Shown here piece after piece: positions 40,582 through 55,700 of a stretch of DNA of 64,000 bases. The position numbers and the translations under genes are program-made. The stretch's first letter is position 1. Each line of letters opens with the position of its first letter. The notes under the pieces are model-generated. The model saw only the letters and a program-made list of their open reading frames with translations. It ran no database searches and was not told the DNA's origin. Source of the stretch: Eledone cirrhosa (lineage: Eukaryota); contig OZ024741.1 of NCBI GenBank assembly GCA_964016885.1, positions 254,076,001 to 254,140,000 on the forward strand, given 5' to 3'.

Positions 40582-42797
40582 TTTGCATTTATCTTGCTTT
40601 ATGTTTATACGAGTTATCACCAAGTCACAACCAGTGACCTCAAGAGACAACAAGGTCCGCCATGTTCAAGAAAGAACACACATATTCACACATGCATCCT
40701 TAGTGTTTAGACTTGTGATGTACTTATATTGACAGGATCTTCCTTAGTATATGGGCAGTTCCCATTAGTACTATCTTTTGTATTTCTCCTATACGCGGGT
40801 TTCCTGGGATTTGCGATAAGTAGTCGTTAGACCCCTTAGGTATCATTCCCAGAGCGCCTACAACCACTGGTATTGTTTTAGTTCTCAATTTCCACATTTT
40901 TCCAATTTCTATCTCCAGGTCCTTATACTTGCTCAATTTTTCAAATGTTTTTATAGATACATTCTTGTCTATTGGAACAGACATATCAATTAGCAGGCAT
41001 ACCCTCCTTTGAAAGTCCTTCAATATTATATCAGGTCTATTTGCATCTATTTTTCGGTCTGTTTGGATGCTAAAGTTCCACAAGATTGAGATGTGATCTT
41101 TTTCAAGTATGGGAGGTGGTTGATGCTCCCACCAATTCTTTTGATGGGGCAGGTCAAAATGCTTACACATTATCCAATGTATGTATTGTGCAGCTCTGTC
41201 ATGCCTGTTTAGGTATTCGGTTGGAGCTATAGGACTGCACATTGAAATTATATGGTCAATGGTCTCTGGTTGTTTTTTGCATACACGGCATAATGGGCTG
41301 CACCCATTTTTTATTATGTTGGCTTGGTAATTTTTTGTTGGCAGACACTGATCTTGTGCGGATATAATCAGTCCTTCAGTCTCCGATTTCAGTCCAGAGG
41401 ATGCCAACCACTGATGGGTTAAAGTTTTGTCAACATCAGGATTGTTAGCTCGCTCTGGGTATTTTCCATACAGAGGCTTTTCTTGCCATTTCTTAGCCAG
41501 TTTCTGTAGCAGTTCTTTCTTTGCAGTTACTTTTACCTGCTTTGCTTTTTCTGTGTTTTCCATTTCAGCAGTAAATGGGACTTCTGAAATTTGTAGTCCA
41601 TTACTGTATCTTTGAGCATCTTTTGTAATGGAATATGATCTTTTGGTGCTTTCGTGTTTCAAAACGAGTTTGATCATCCAATCATGTGATTCCCTTAGAT
41701 ATGTGGATAATCCAATTGTTGCAGTTTTCAACGCAATGTCTAACTGGATTAACCCACGTCCTCCTTCTTTCCTAGGGAGATATATTCTATCTATGTCTGC
41801 CTTAGGGTGATGCATTCTGTGCATGGTTAAGAATTTTCGGATTTTTGTATCGAGCCTACGGATCTCTGTGCTTGACCAGTTGATGACATTGTAACTATAG
41901 GTTACTACTGGTATGGCAAGCGTGTTTATGGCATCGATCCTATTCCTTGCATTCAATTCCGTTCTTAAGATTGCTCTGACTCTGCGGTAACATTCCTTCC
42001 TTATCCTTTCCCTCATTGTCGAGTGCTTGATTCCGTCTCCTTCACAAACACCTAGATATTTGTAAGTTTGTTCTTGATCAAGCTCTCTTATCACGTTCCC
42101 CCGATCAAGATTAATGTCTGAACTCTTCAGCAGCTTTCCTCTGGTGAACGTTGCTTTGGCGCATTTATCCAGTCCAAACTCCATTTTAATGTCATCACTG
42201 AACTGCTTCACAGTGGATAATAGCCCTTGCAATTGTTCATCATTTTTTGCGAATAGTTTCAGGTCATCCATGTAGAACAGGTGATTAATGGTTTTGTCAT
42301 AGACTCTATATCCATGTTTTGTTTCATTGAGCATTTTACTTAATGGTATAAGTGCGATGCAGAATAAAAGCGGTGATAAAGAGTCACCCTGAAAAATTCC
42401 ACAATTAATGTTAACTTCTCCAGCTTCCAGTGATTTTGTTTCACTATTCAAAAGGAGTGTCGTTCTCCATGTCCTCATACTGAATGACAAAAACCTCCTG
42501 ACAACGGGGGATATTTTGAAAATCTCTAAACATTTTTCAATCCAACTGTGTGGCAAACTATCAAATGCTTTTTTATAATCTATCCAAGCAATCGATAGAT
42601 TTTTGTGTCTATTATGACAATCTTCCAGTATCATTTTGTTAACCAGAAGCTGATCCTTACAGCCATATGAGCCTCGTTTACACCCTTTCTGCTCAATGGG
42701 AAATAGGTCATTTGTTATCAGGTGGTCATATGTGTATTCAGTTAGGACTGATGTTAAAATTTTATACATTGTGGTCAAGCAGGTTATCGGTCTGTAA

Positions 42798-42800
<3 letters not shown>
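40582..42800 (-). mobile_element. R4/Dong LINE, 5'-truncated, open 684-aa frame
   Basis: RT (GIFQGDSLSP, YMDD), CRVC..H..C and RPDII..D..EKLSKY. (TTA)n on both sides. Confidence 0.93.
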
Positions 42801-42838
<38 letters not shown>

Positions 42839-42969
42839 GGAGTCTCAGTCATTGATGTTATTTAACTGGAAAGTTTGTTCAAATGAATATCAAGCTGCTA
42901 CCTGCAGCCTCAGATATTCAGGACGTAGCGGAGGGTTCTTGCAATTCCCTCGTTATTAATAACTATATA

Positions 42970-43032
<63 letters not shown>

Positions 43033-43475
43033 GGAGTCTCAGTCATTGATGTTATTTAACTGGAAAGTTTGTTCAAATGAATATCAAGCTGCTACCTGCA
43101 GCCTCAGATATTCAGGACGTAGCGGAGGGTTCTTGCAATTCCCAACAAGCATGCTTTTTGAAATTTTCCAAAAAAGAGTGCTCGACTAATGTCCATTAAC
43201 CATCTTTGAAAATTCTTCAAGATAGTACCTAGTGCTCCTATAACAATCGGGATGGCCTTGATCCAAAATCCTTTTTAATTCCCACTTTAAATACTGGTAT
43301 CGGTTAATTTTCTCCTTTTCCTTTTCTTGCACTCTTGTGTCAAAGGGGCAGGCTATATCTACAAACAGGCACGATCTCTGTAGCTTTTTTATGGGTTCCT
43401 CTTTTTAACCAGCTCCATGTCTGTGGACCTCTGAATTCCGTTTTCTTAAAAAGGTGCTCTGAAGAGATTTTTCAT
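42839..43475 (-). mobile_element. Degenerate Dong 3' fragment with local tandem duplication
   Basis: Similar to 36010-36340 and 36725-36840 with internal deletions. 42839-42949 is repeated at 43033-43143. Confidence 0.8.
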
Positions 43476-45157
43476 GAAGAGATTTGTCATTTCTTGGATC
43501 TGATATTCAACACTCCATTGCTGCATTTTATTAAGGGGACAAGACTCTCTTTTCAACTCTCATTCTATCAGCTTTGGGGTACTCAGAGTTTAGTTCTATA
43601 TTTTAACCAATATATATATATAAATGTGTGTGAGTGTTTGTGTGTGTATATGTATGTTAGTTAGGTGTGTAACAACAGTTACAGGCGGCGCGCCATTCAA
43701 AGTACTCAATGCTGTTACAAGATCCGCTTTGTTTGTGTTGTATTCCAGAGTTAAGGCTGTTGTATGCAGAATGTAAATAGAATTAAAAGAGTCAAAGTCA
43801 GTGTTGCAGCATATGTACAGACTTTATTTGTATATTACAATTGTTTTGATATTGATCAGTTCAGGGTACAATCAAGGTGATGGGGCCCAACACTTTTTTG
43901 ACATCTCATCAGATATGTGAGTTTATATGTGCAAATACACATCTAAACTGTTGACTGAGGTCCTGAGATCTGTGTATATACACTTATTGGTGGGTTTGTA
44001 GGGGTGGGAGAGTAAAGTAGTTTTAGGTTTAAAGGGTGGAGGATAAAGGGTAAAAATATAAATGGTAAAGAAAGTAAAAGTTAAAAAAATATATTGAAAA
44101 TATATTAAAAATATATATTAAAAGGTTTAAATAAAAATGGTAACTAAAGTAAAAATATGAAAGGTAATAAAAATGTAAAAAGAAGGGGTGATGAAAAGGA
44201 TCACAAAAGTAATGACAAAATTAATAAAAAATAGCGAGAAATTAAAACGGAAAATAAAATTTCTTTTTTAAATGTACCAGTAAGGGTAAAAGATGAATAA
44301 TAATGATAATTGTTTCTACTTTAGGCACACGGCCAGCAATTAGCCAGTACATTACTGGTACTTTATTTTAAGCTGGTGTTTGGAATATAACTTGACAAAG
44401 GCTCTTACATAACATTATGATGGAATGTTTTTATACAAATATGAACACTTTCAAACACAGTTTTATATCAAAGAACTAGGGTCGGTTTGGCATCAAAAGG
44501 GTTAAACTAATAAACTACTCCAGCCACTATTGAGTATGCATGTTTGATTATCCAAATTTTTAAATTTGATTATCTATCTTTATTCATTCTTTAAAATAAA
44601 CATTTTTTACTGTAGAACCAGGGGTCTTTTCAGGTAGTTTGGGTTAAAAAAATTGTTCTGTGTAAGGGAATGAACTGGAGATGATAATAGAAGTGAATGT
44701 CGTTTGATCAGTTCTCACACAGAACTGCATGGTTTAATTCAGTAAAGCAGGTAGACTCATTAAATGGTCAGGGTGAGGGAGTAAATCAGGCAGAATTGTG
44801 GAAACAGACAGCCACATTAGGAAAGTGAGTCAAAGAGAGAGAAAGAGACCGAAAAGGGTTCAATGAGAAACATCAATGAATCAAGCTCCCATAACTGGTG
44901 CAGCCAGTCATTGGGGTGTTGCTTCAGACATTTTACTGTGTTCATCATAGCATTTCAATGGGCCTTAAAAATTGCTTGGTGATACCATCTCCTCTCTAAG
45001 TTTAGCCTACCACCAGAAGCGTTTCTCAGAGTGTGGCCAAAAAATGTTCTGGAGTCAAAAGTGAGAGTCAGGTGAGGAACGGTGTACCAATCTATCCCTA
45101 AGGATGCTGCTACCAGATATGAAGGTATTCTTTCTAGCCAAACACCGTGGTTTACAG

Positions 45158-45332
45158 ATAATTGTTTCTACTTTAGGCACAAGGCCAGCAATTACCCAGT
45201 GTATTACTGGTACTTTATTTTATCGACCCCATAAGGATGAAAGGCAAAGTTAACCTCGGCGGGATTTGAACTCAGACTGTAAAGGGACGTAACTATGCTA
45301 GAAAGCATGGCGTCCAACCGTGGTTTACAGAT
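45158..45332 (-). mobile_element. SINE family B with target-site duplication
   Basis: Flanked by the direct repeat ccgtggtttacagataat (about 45145 and 45318). Confidence 0.85.
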
Positions 45333-46549
45333 AATGAAAGATAGACATAGAGAGGGAAAATAGAGATGTGGACAGCCATAGTGAGTTAATGAACAAATTA
45401 GAGATACAAAGAGAGAGGAGACAGATATATACATACAAAGAGATGTAGCATGATTGTGGTACAGAGGGATCGTGACAAATAGAAAGCCCAAGGGAAAAGA
45501 CAACGGGTGTTGAGAAGCAGAAAAATGGTTAATTTAGTGGTGAGATACCATCAGTAAGTTCAGAAGAGCAGCAACTACTATAGTAGTGGTTGAAGAAAAA
45601 AAGAGAAGATACAGTGAAGCAAGGGATCAGTGATTGAATCTCGTCAGTAAGAGATAGCAAAACAATTACATGTGTTCTTACCTGCCAAAATATTATATCC
45701 TTTGTCTTGTATTTTTATGGAATCTAGTAGGATTCCACAATACCAAACTATCACCGGTTATATTGTTAACATAATAGAGTATTAGAACTCGGGAAATTTG
45801 AGGTTCAATCTCTATTACACTTATGTGTAAGTAGTTGACAAAATATATCACCAGTACTAACACAGATTATTATGTTTCTATAATGGAGTATTAGAACTAA
45901 GGAAGATTGTGGTTCAGTCACTATTAAAATTGTAGGTTGTTATAAAATATGATATTGTATCATATATAATTGTATATAATAAATTACTACAAGATATATC
46001 ACAAAAGCTAACACAGGTTATTATTCTAATACAATAATTCACCAAGAGGTGAATAAATCATAACAATATTTATTGAGGATAACTCACACAAACTCAAATA
46101 TATAAAAATCTCACAAATGAAACAACCAATGATGTTCTTACTCAAACCTTAACTCATTAAGTCCACAGCCTAAAAATATTCTCCTAGATAAAAATCATAA
46201 AAACCAAATATTACCACACTCAGCCATAAATAATAAAGCAAGCCCAACTAGAATTAAATAACAGTTCAGATATCTAATTTCTGTTAGAATTGATTCAGTT
46301 GTAATCCATACCTTTATTTAACTATTTATGTGACATGTGATATGTTAAATATTTGATATATTGATGGTTCAACTTCTGACCAGGTCACTTAATACTTTTG
46401 TACCATCTTCCACATGATTTGTTGCAATGATCACATAAATAACATATTAGAAGGCATCTACTTCCATATACAACTCTGTGTGTGTGTGTATATTATATAT
46501 TTATATAACAGGGTGTTGTAGTTTGCTTAAAGCATTGTTGAATAGGAAA

Positions 46550-46670
46550 TATAAATTTAAAAAGTTTAAAAGCTTTACAATGCATTGAAAATTAAAGATG
46601 CCAAGATAACGATCTTGGCACCTTTAATTTTTAATGCATTATAAGGCTTTTAAACTTATTTAAATTTATA
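46550..46670. repeat. Fold-back palindrome with about 58-bp arms
   Basis: ..gatgccaagat-aacg-atcttggcacc.. followed by a TA run. Confidence 0.8.
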
Positions 46671-46824
46671 TATATATAAAACACAAAGTTATTAATAAAT
46701 GCTCCAACATATTTAACACATGTTTCCACAGGATCCGGAAGAATATATAGTTAACATTTCCATAAGTAATATAAAATAGACTATAAAATAATTACTAAAG
46801 CATACATCAATACATAGTTACACT

Positions 46825-47140
46825 GCATAAATGTAACGACAAAGCATAAATGAATTGAGAGAGAGACTGAGCATAAGAGGAATCAAATGCTGTGTGCAGG
46901 AGAGGCGGTTGCGCTGGTATGGACATGTGATGCGTATGAAGGATGACAGCTGCATAAAAAGGTGCAGAGCACTAAAAGTCGATGGAAACCGCGGAGTGAG
47001 GAGACGCAAGATGACCTGGGATGAGGTGATAAAAGCCGACCTTACCCAATTACACCTCTCAAAGGCAATGACACACGACCGTGACCTCTGGCGTCACGCA
47101 GTAATACAGAGTACCCGACCGCCCATGGGTACAAGCTGAA
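46825..47140 (+). mobile_element. RTE LINE 3' fragment
   Basis: ERRLRWYGHVMRM..TWDEVIKADL..DRDLWR. Confidence 0.85.
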
Positions 47141-47171
47141 GCATATAGACAATATGCCCCCACACCCCCCA

Positions 47172-47440
47172 CCGCAAGGTGGTCGTGGAGGTGCCGCGGC
47201 AAAAGAGCACCCAGCCCACACTGTAAAGTGGACGTGTAGGTGCCACGAAAAAGCACCCAGCACTCACTGTAAATGAGGTTGGTGTTAGGAAGGGCATCCA
47301 GCTGTAGAAATCAAGCCAGATCAGTTCCTGTATGAGCAAGGCATGGTCAGCCGACCAGACACTGCCCACAACAGGACAACCCGTCTAACCCATGCTAGCG
47401 TGGAAGAACGGACATAAAACGGTGATGATGATGATGATGA
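47172..47440 (+). mobile_element. SINE family A, 5'-truncated
   Basis: Nearly identical to 15541-15797. Confidence 0.85.
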
Positions 47441-47651
47441 CTGCAATCTCCTTAACCAATTATTAATGTCTTGGATAGAAATAGAAATACATAGAATTAA
47501 GTCCTAAAATGAAAACAGAAAAAAATTAGAAGTTCATTCAAGTTATTATATAACCACTCTTGCATCTTTGAAATAAGTATAATGGAATTATATAATAAAA
47601 TGAAGATTTATGAATAAAACCATCTCTCTTATTTATTATATATATATATAT

Positions 47652-47756
47652 GGACTGTACCCCTTGATAAGTTCAGCTAGATTCCTGCCATTCTAATACT
47701 GGTGGCTTAGTTCGGATCTAGCTGTCGAAACAGCCAGAGCTCAGCCATTAGGGTCC
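47652..47756 (+). ncRNA. Hammerhead motif with U3-A8 core and decayed stem III
   Basis: ggactgtacccc-TTGATAA-gttcagctagattcc..ggatctagctgtc-GAAA-cagccagagctcagcca-TT-agggtcc. Same family as 61018-61138. Confidence 0.6.
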
Positions 47757-47787
47757 TTGAATCTTTTCATATATATGTATATATATC

Positions 47788-48440
47788 AAATGAAACAACG
47801 GAGTTAAGGACTCATGTTTATCCCTGTAATTTAATGAACTCAAGGAAAAATTATCGGGCTCTTTATAATACAATGTAGAGAGGAGAAAACATGAAGGAGT
47901 ATGTTTTCAATTACAGGGGGTATAAGGCCACTAGAGGGAAAAACATAAAAAATACGAAAGGCATGGGAAATACATTATAACTAAAGAGATAAATTAAAAT
48001 GCGTAAACCCACCTTTATAATTATAAAACACCTGTACAGACTCAGAGAGAATGTTTCGCCATAAACAGTGTAAGAATCAAATCCACTCAGGATTCATCAG
48101 CAGGTGTAAAGAAGATATGTTCCACACTTCTAAATAGACATTAGATAACTAATGTATTGCACATGTAGAAAGAAGGTACATGCGTGCACCAGGCAGTACT
48201 TAGTGGCTTGAATGAATAAAAAAAACCGCTAGAAATGGCAGCCTATAACCATTCAACTGAAAACATACTCTTTCATGTTTCCTCCTCTCTATATTGTATT
48301 ATGAAGAGCCCAGTAATTTTTCCTTGAGCTCATTAAATTACAGGGATAAACGTGAGTCCTTAACTCCATTGTTTCATTTCTCTGTTTGTTGAGCATTTTA
48401 ATTTGAATGATTATAGGCTGCCATTTCTAGTTGCTTTATG
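47788..48440. mobile_element. PLE-type fold-back mini-element (arms ~47788-47912 and ~48255-48379)
   Basis: About 125-bp diverged inverted arms around a hammerhead motif. Confidence 0.75.
48028..48107 (-). ncRNA. Type I hammerhead ribozyme
   Basis: Minus strand: acacctg-CTGATGA-(36 nt)-GAAA-ca-ttctctctgagtc-t-GTA-caggtgt. Perfect 7-bp stem I, imperfect stem II. Confidence 0.72.
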
Positions 48441-48900
48441 ATCCACACTGTAAATGTGGCCAAAATCAAACATAATCCTTTGACCTGGCTTATCTCACGA
48501 GACAGCTCATCTAAGCCATGCTATATGGGACAATTCCTGTCTAACCCATGCTAGCATGGAAGATAGACGTTACACGATGATGATGATGATGATGATGATT
48601 ATATATATATATCAAAGGTATATATTGAGTTAAGAACTCATAATAGTCACTTACAATTAAATAGCTCAAAGAAAGGTTTTTCTAAGCCGTCCAATTGTGA
48701 AACAGCCAACCAAAGCTGTCTGAATGTTCAGGCAGTTGCCCAATATAGGTTTGTATTTCTTTTTCTTGATTTATTACTTTAAATTAAGTCTGGCAAACCA
48801 TATTGTTAAGAGTTAATATTTTTTCACCCTAGCGAACTTGGCCCCTTACCAATTTGAACACATATATGTTTACATCTGTGTTTATCTCTCTTTTATATTC

Positions 48901-48939
<39 letters not shown>

Positions 48940-49109
48940 TATAGATAGGTAAATATACACGGGTGTGTATGATTGTGTATAGAAGATTATATTAATAAGA
49001 GGAATTCCAACTTTGTCTGATTTACTCGTTTTATTTACAATCCTTTAAAATATATATAATGGTATTATAATGAAATAGTATGATAGAATATTAAATTCTA
49101 AGTGTTAAT

Positions 49110-49148
49110 TGAACAAGTACTTTCATGCTTTCACAATCTTCAGGTTCA
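49110..49148 (-). ncRNA. Minimal hammerhead (mirror copy)
   Basis: Reverse complement of 49222-49260 with one C>T change that leaves a G-U pair in stem II. Confidence 0.75.
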
Positions 49149-49221
49149 TGATATGTGGTGACAGTCGAGTTTGCAATTTCCAACTGTTGAAAATTGCAAA
49201 CTCGACTGTCACCACATATCA

Positions 49222-49260
49222 TGAACCTGAAGATTGCGAAAGCATGAAAGTACTTGTTCA
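49222..49260 (+). ncRNA. Minimal 39-nt type I hammerhead ribozyme
   Basis: tgaac-CTGAAGA-t-tgc-gaaa-gca-t-GAAA-gtac-TT-gttca. Palindromic AGTACT stem III. Confidence 0.8.
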
Positions 49261-49374
49261 ATTAACACTTAGAATTTAATATTCTATCATACTATTTCAT
49301 TATAATACCATTATATATATTTTAAAGGATTGTAAATAAAACGAGTAAATCAGACAAAGTTGGAATTCCTCTTA

Positions 49375-49436
<62 letters not shown>

Positions 49437-49513
49437 CCTTATCGAGCCCTCTTCAGATTTTAGTCTTCACATTTTTTATTACTATATATATAGTAATATA
49501 TATATATATATAG

Positions 49514-49558
<45 letters not shown>

Positions 49559-49779
49559 CATACAAACATGATCAAATTATATAACTCCAATTATGAGACC
49601 AATGACTGTGTTTAATCAACTGGAACATAGTGTTTTATTGGAAATAAAGAGAGCATATCAATAATAATCTTGAAACATTTTCATCATTTAACGTTGTGTT
49701 TCCATGTTAGTGTAGGTTTGATGGGTTGTTACAGACCATGTAACCCATGCTGACATCAAATACTGACATGGTCTCCAAC

Positions 49780-52700
49780 ACCACCACTAGCAATCCTTCA
49801 ACAACCCCAACACCACCTACACCACCATCACTATCATCACAACCTCCACCACCATCACTACCATCACCACCATCACCACCTCCACCGCCATCACCACCTC
49901 CACCACCATCACTACCACCACCACCATCACTACCATCACCACCATCACCACCTCCACCACCATCACTACCATCACTACCACCACCACCATCACTACCATC
50001 ACCACCATCACCACCTCCACCACCATCACTACCATCACCACCTCCACCACCATCACTACCACCACCACCATCACTACCATCACTACCATCACCACCTCCA
50101 CCACCATCACTACCATCACTACCACCACCACGATCACTACCATCACCACCATCACCACCTCCACCACCATCACTACCATCACTACCACCACCACCATCAC
50201 TACCATCACCACCATCACCACCTCCACCACCATCACTACCATCACCACCATCACCACCTCCACCACCATCACTACCATCACCACCATCACCACCTCCACC
50301 ACCATCACTACCATCACTACCATCACTACCACCACCACCATCATTACCACCACCACCATCACCACCTCCACCACCGTCACTACCATCACTACCACCACCA
50401 CCATCACTACCATCACCGCCATCACCACCTCCACCACCATCACTACCACCACCACCTTCACTACCATCACCACCATCACCACCTCCACCACCATCACTAC
50501 CATCAGTACCACCACCACCATCATTACCATCACTACCATCACCACCTCCACCACCATCACTACCATCACTACCACCACCACCATCACTACCATCACCACC
50601 ATCACCACCTCCACCACCATCACTACCATCACTACCTCCACCACCATCACTACCATCACCACCATCACCACCTACACCACCATCACTACCATCACTACCA
50701 CCACCACCATCACTACCATCATCACCATCACCACCATCACTACCATCACTACCACCATCACCATCACTACCACCACCATCACTACCATCACCACCATCAC
50801 CACCTCCACCACCATCACTACCATCACTAACACCACCACCTCCACCACCATCACTACCATCACTACCACCACCACCATCACTACCATCACCACCATCACC
50901 ACCTCCACCAGCATCACTACCATCAATACCACCACCACCATCACTACAATCACCACCATCACCACCTCCACCACCGTCACTACCATCACTACCACCACCA
51001 CCATCACTACCATCACCACCATCACCACCTCCACCACCATCACTACCATCACTACCACCACCACCATCACTACCATCACCACCATCACCACCTCCACTAC
51101 CATCACCACCATCACCACCTCCACCACCGTCACTACCATCACTACCACCACCACCATCATTACCATCACCACCATCACCAGCTCCACCACCATCACTACC
51201 ATCACTACCACCACCACCATCACTACCATCACCACCATCACCACCTCCACCACCATCACTACCATCACTACCATCACTACCACCACCACCATCATTACCA
51301 CCACCACCATCACCACCTCCACCACCGTCACTACCATCACTACCACCACCACCATCACTACCATCACCGCCATCACCACCTCCACCACCATCACTACCAC
51401 CACCACCATCACTACCACCACCACCATCACTACCATCACCATCATCACCACCTCCACCACCATCACTACCATCATTACCACCACCACCATCACTACCATC
51501 ACCACCATCACCACCTCCACCACCATCACTACCACCACCACCATCACTACCATCACCACCATCAGCACCTCTACCACCATCACTACCATCAGTACCACCA
51601 CCACCATCATTACCATCACTACCATCACCACCTGCACCACCATCACTACCATCACTACCACCACCATCACTACCATCACCACCGTCACCACCTCCACCAC
51701 CATCACTACCATCACCACCATCACCACCTACACCACCAGCACTACCATCACAACCTCCACCACCATCACTACCACCACCACCATCACTACCATCACCACC
51801 ATCACCATCTCCACCACCATCACTACCATCAGTACCACCACCACCATCATTACCATCACTACCATCACCACCTCCACCACCATCACTACCATCACTACCA
51901 CCACCACAAATCACTACCATCACCAGCATCACCACCTACACCACCATCACTACCATCACTACCGCCACCACCATCACTACCATCACCACCATCACCACCT
52001 CCACCACCATCACTACCATCACTACCTCCACCACCATCACTACCATCACCATCACTACCATCACCACCATCACCACCTCCACCACCATCACTACCATCAC
52101 TACCACCATCACCATCACTACCATCACCATCACTACCATCACCACCATCACCACCTCCACCACAATCACTACCATCACTACCACCACCACCATCACTACC
52201 ATCACCACCATCACCACCTCCACCACCATCACTACCATCACTACCTGCACCACCATCACTACCATCACCACCATCACCACCTACACCACCATCACTACCA
52301 TCACTACCACCACCACCATCACTACCATCACCACCATCACCACCTCCACCACCATCACTACCATCACTACCACCATCACCATCACTACCATCACCATCAC
52401 TATCACCACCTCCACCACCATCACTACCATCACTACCACCACCACCATCACTACCATCACCACCATCACCACCTCCACCACCATCACTACCATCACTACC
52501 ACCACCACCATCACCACCATCACCACCTCCACCCCCATCACCACCATCACCACCTCCACCACCATCACTACCATCACTACCTCCACCACCATCACTACCA
52601 TCACCACCATCACCACCTACACCACCATCACTACCATCACTACCACCACCACCATCACTACCATCACCAACATCACCACCTCCACCACCATCACTACCAC

Positions 52701-55700
52701 CACCACCATCACTACCATCACCACCATCACCACCTCCACCACCATCACTACCACCACCACCATCACTACCATCACCACCATCATCACCTACACCACCATC
52801 ACTACCATCACTACCACCACCACCATCACTACCATCACCACCATCACCACCTCCACCACCATCACTACCATCACTACCACCACCACCATCACTACCATCA
52901 CCATCACTACCATCACCACCATCACTACCATCACCACCATCACCACCTCCACCACCATCACTACCATCAATACCACCACCACCATCACTACCATCACCAC
53001 CATCACCACCTCCACCACCATCACTACCATCATTACCACCACCACCATCACTACCATCACCACCATCACCACCTCCACCACCATCACTACCACCACCACC
53101 ATCACTACCATCACCACCATCACTACCATAGCTCTCCACCACCACCATCACCACCATCACCACCATCACCACCTCCACCCCCATCACCACCATCACCACC
53201 TCCACCACCATCACTACCATCACTACCTCCACCACCATCACTACCATCACCACCATCACCACCTACACCACCATCACTACCATCACTACCATCACCACCA
53301 TCACCACCTCCACCACCATCACTACCATAGCTACCACCACCACCATCACCACCATCACCACCATCACCACCTCCACCCCCATCACCACCATCACCACCTC
53401 CACCACCATCACTACCATCACTACCTCCACCACCATCACTACCATCACCACCATCACCACCTACACCACCATCACTACCATCACTACCACCACCACCATC
53501 ACTACCATCACCACCATCACCACCTCCACCACCATCACTACCATCACTACCACCATCACCATCACTACCATCACCATCACTACCATCACCAACATCACTA
53601 CCATCACCACCTACACCACCATCACTACCACCACCACCATCACTACCATCACCACCATCACCACCTCCACCACCATCACTACCATCACTACCACCACCAC
53701 CATCACTACCATCACCACCATCACCACCTCCACCACCATCACTACCATCACTACCACCACCACCATCACTACCATCACCACCATCACCACCTCCACCACA
53801 ATCACTACCATCACTACCACCACCACCACCATCACTATCACCACCAACACCACCACCATCACTAACATCACCAAACCAACACCACCAACCCACATCCACC
53901 ACCAACCCCACCACCACCACCACCATTACTACCATCACTACCATCACCGAATCAACACCACCACCACTTACCCACATCCACCACCACCACAATCACCACC
54001 CCTAGCCACCCCTCAACAACCCCACCACCACCACCAACCCACCTCCACCACCATCACTACCATCACCACCATCACTACCATCACCAAACTAACACCACCA
54101 CCACCACCATCACTAACATCACCACTACCAACACCACCACTAGCCACCCCTCAACAACCCCACCACCACCACCACCAACCCACCTCCACCACCACCAACC
54201 CACCTCCACCACCACCAACCCACCTCCACCACCATCACTACCATCACCACCATCACTACCATCACCAAACTAACACCACCACCACCACCATCACTAGCAT
54301 CACCACTACCAACACCACCACTAGCCACCCCTCAACAACCCCACCACCACCACCACCAACCCACCTTCACCACTACCAACCCACCTCCACCACCACCAAC
54401 CCACCTCCACCACCACCAACCCACCTCCACCACCATCACTACCATCACCACCATCACTACCATCACCAAACCAACAGCACCACCACCACCACCATCACTA
54501 ACATCACCACTACCAACACCACCACTAGCCACCCATCAACAACCCCACCACCACCACCACCAACCCACCTCCACCACCACCTACCCACCTCCACCACCAC
54601 CAACCCACCTCCACCACCACCAACCCACCTCCACCACCATCACTACCATCACCACCATCACTACCATCACCAAACTAACACCACCACCACCACCATCACT
54701 AACATCACCACTACCAACACCACCACTAGCCACCCCTCAACAACCCCCCCACCACCACCACCAACCCACCTCCACCACCACCAACCCACCTCCACCACCA
54801 CCAACCCACCTCCACCACCATCACTACCATCACCACCATCACTACCATCACCAAACTAACACCACCACCACCACCATCACTAACATCACCACTACCAACA
54901 CCACCACTAGCCACCCCTCAACAACCCCACCACCACCACCAACCCACCTCCACCACCACCAACCCACCACCACCACCATCACTACCATCACCACCATCAC
55001 TACCATCACCAAACCAACACCACCACCACCACCACCATCACTAACATCACCACTACCAACACCACCACTAGCCACCCCTCAACAACCCCACCACCACCAC
55101 TACCAACACCACCACTAGCCACCCCTCAACAACCCCACCACCACCACCAACCCACCTCCACCACCACCAACCCACCACCACCACCATCACTACCATCACC
55201 ACCATCACTACCATCACCAAACCAACACCACCACCACCACCACCATCACTAACATCACCACTACCAACACCACCACTAGCCACCCCTCAACAACCCCACC
55301 ACCACCACTACCAACACCACCACTAGCCACCCCTCAACAACCCCACCACCACCACCACCAACCCACCTCCACCACCACCAACCCACCACCACCACCATCA
55401 CTACCATCACCACCATCACTACCATCACCAAACCAACACCACCACCACCACCACCATCACTAACATCACCACTACCAACACCACCACTAGCCACCCCTCA
55501 ACAACCCCACCACCACCACTACCAACACCACCACTAGCCACCCCTCAACAACCCCACCACCACCACCAACCCACCTCCACCAACACCAACCCACCACCAC
55601 CACCATCACTACCATCACCACCATCACTACCATCACCAAACCAACACCACCACCACCACCACCATCACTAACATCACCACTACCAACACCACCACTAGCC

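Larger units (their letters stand above)
48989..49380. mobile_element. Near-perfect 390-bp palindrome between (TA)n tracts
   Basis: Arms of about 195 bp centred near 49185 with only about two mismatches. Confidence 0.92.

Noticed and set aside
45678-45760. Minus-strand CAG|GTAAGA donor as a 5' UTR exon of the PAN gene
   Set aside because: Plausible, but a lone donor motif is not enough evidence.
49707-53992. 1372-aa Pro/Thr/His-rich ORF and antisense Gly/Asp and Val/Met ORFs
   Set aside because: The triplet repeat is stop-free in several frames on both strands. There is no signal peptide or unique domain, and composition switches at single-base slips.
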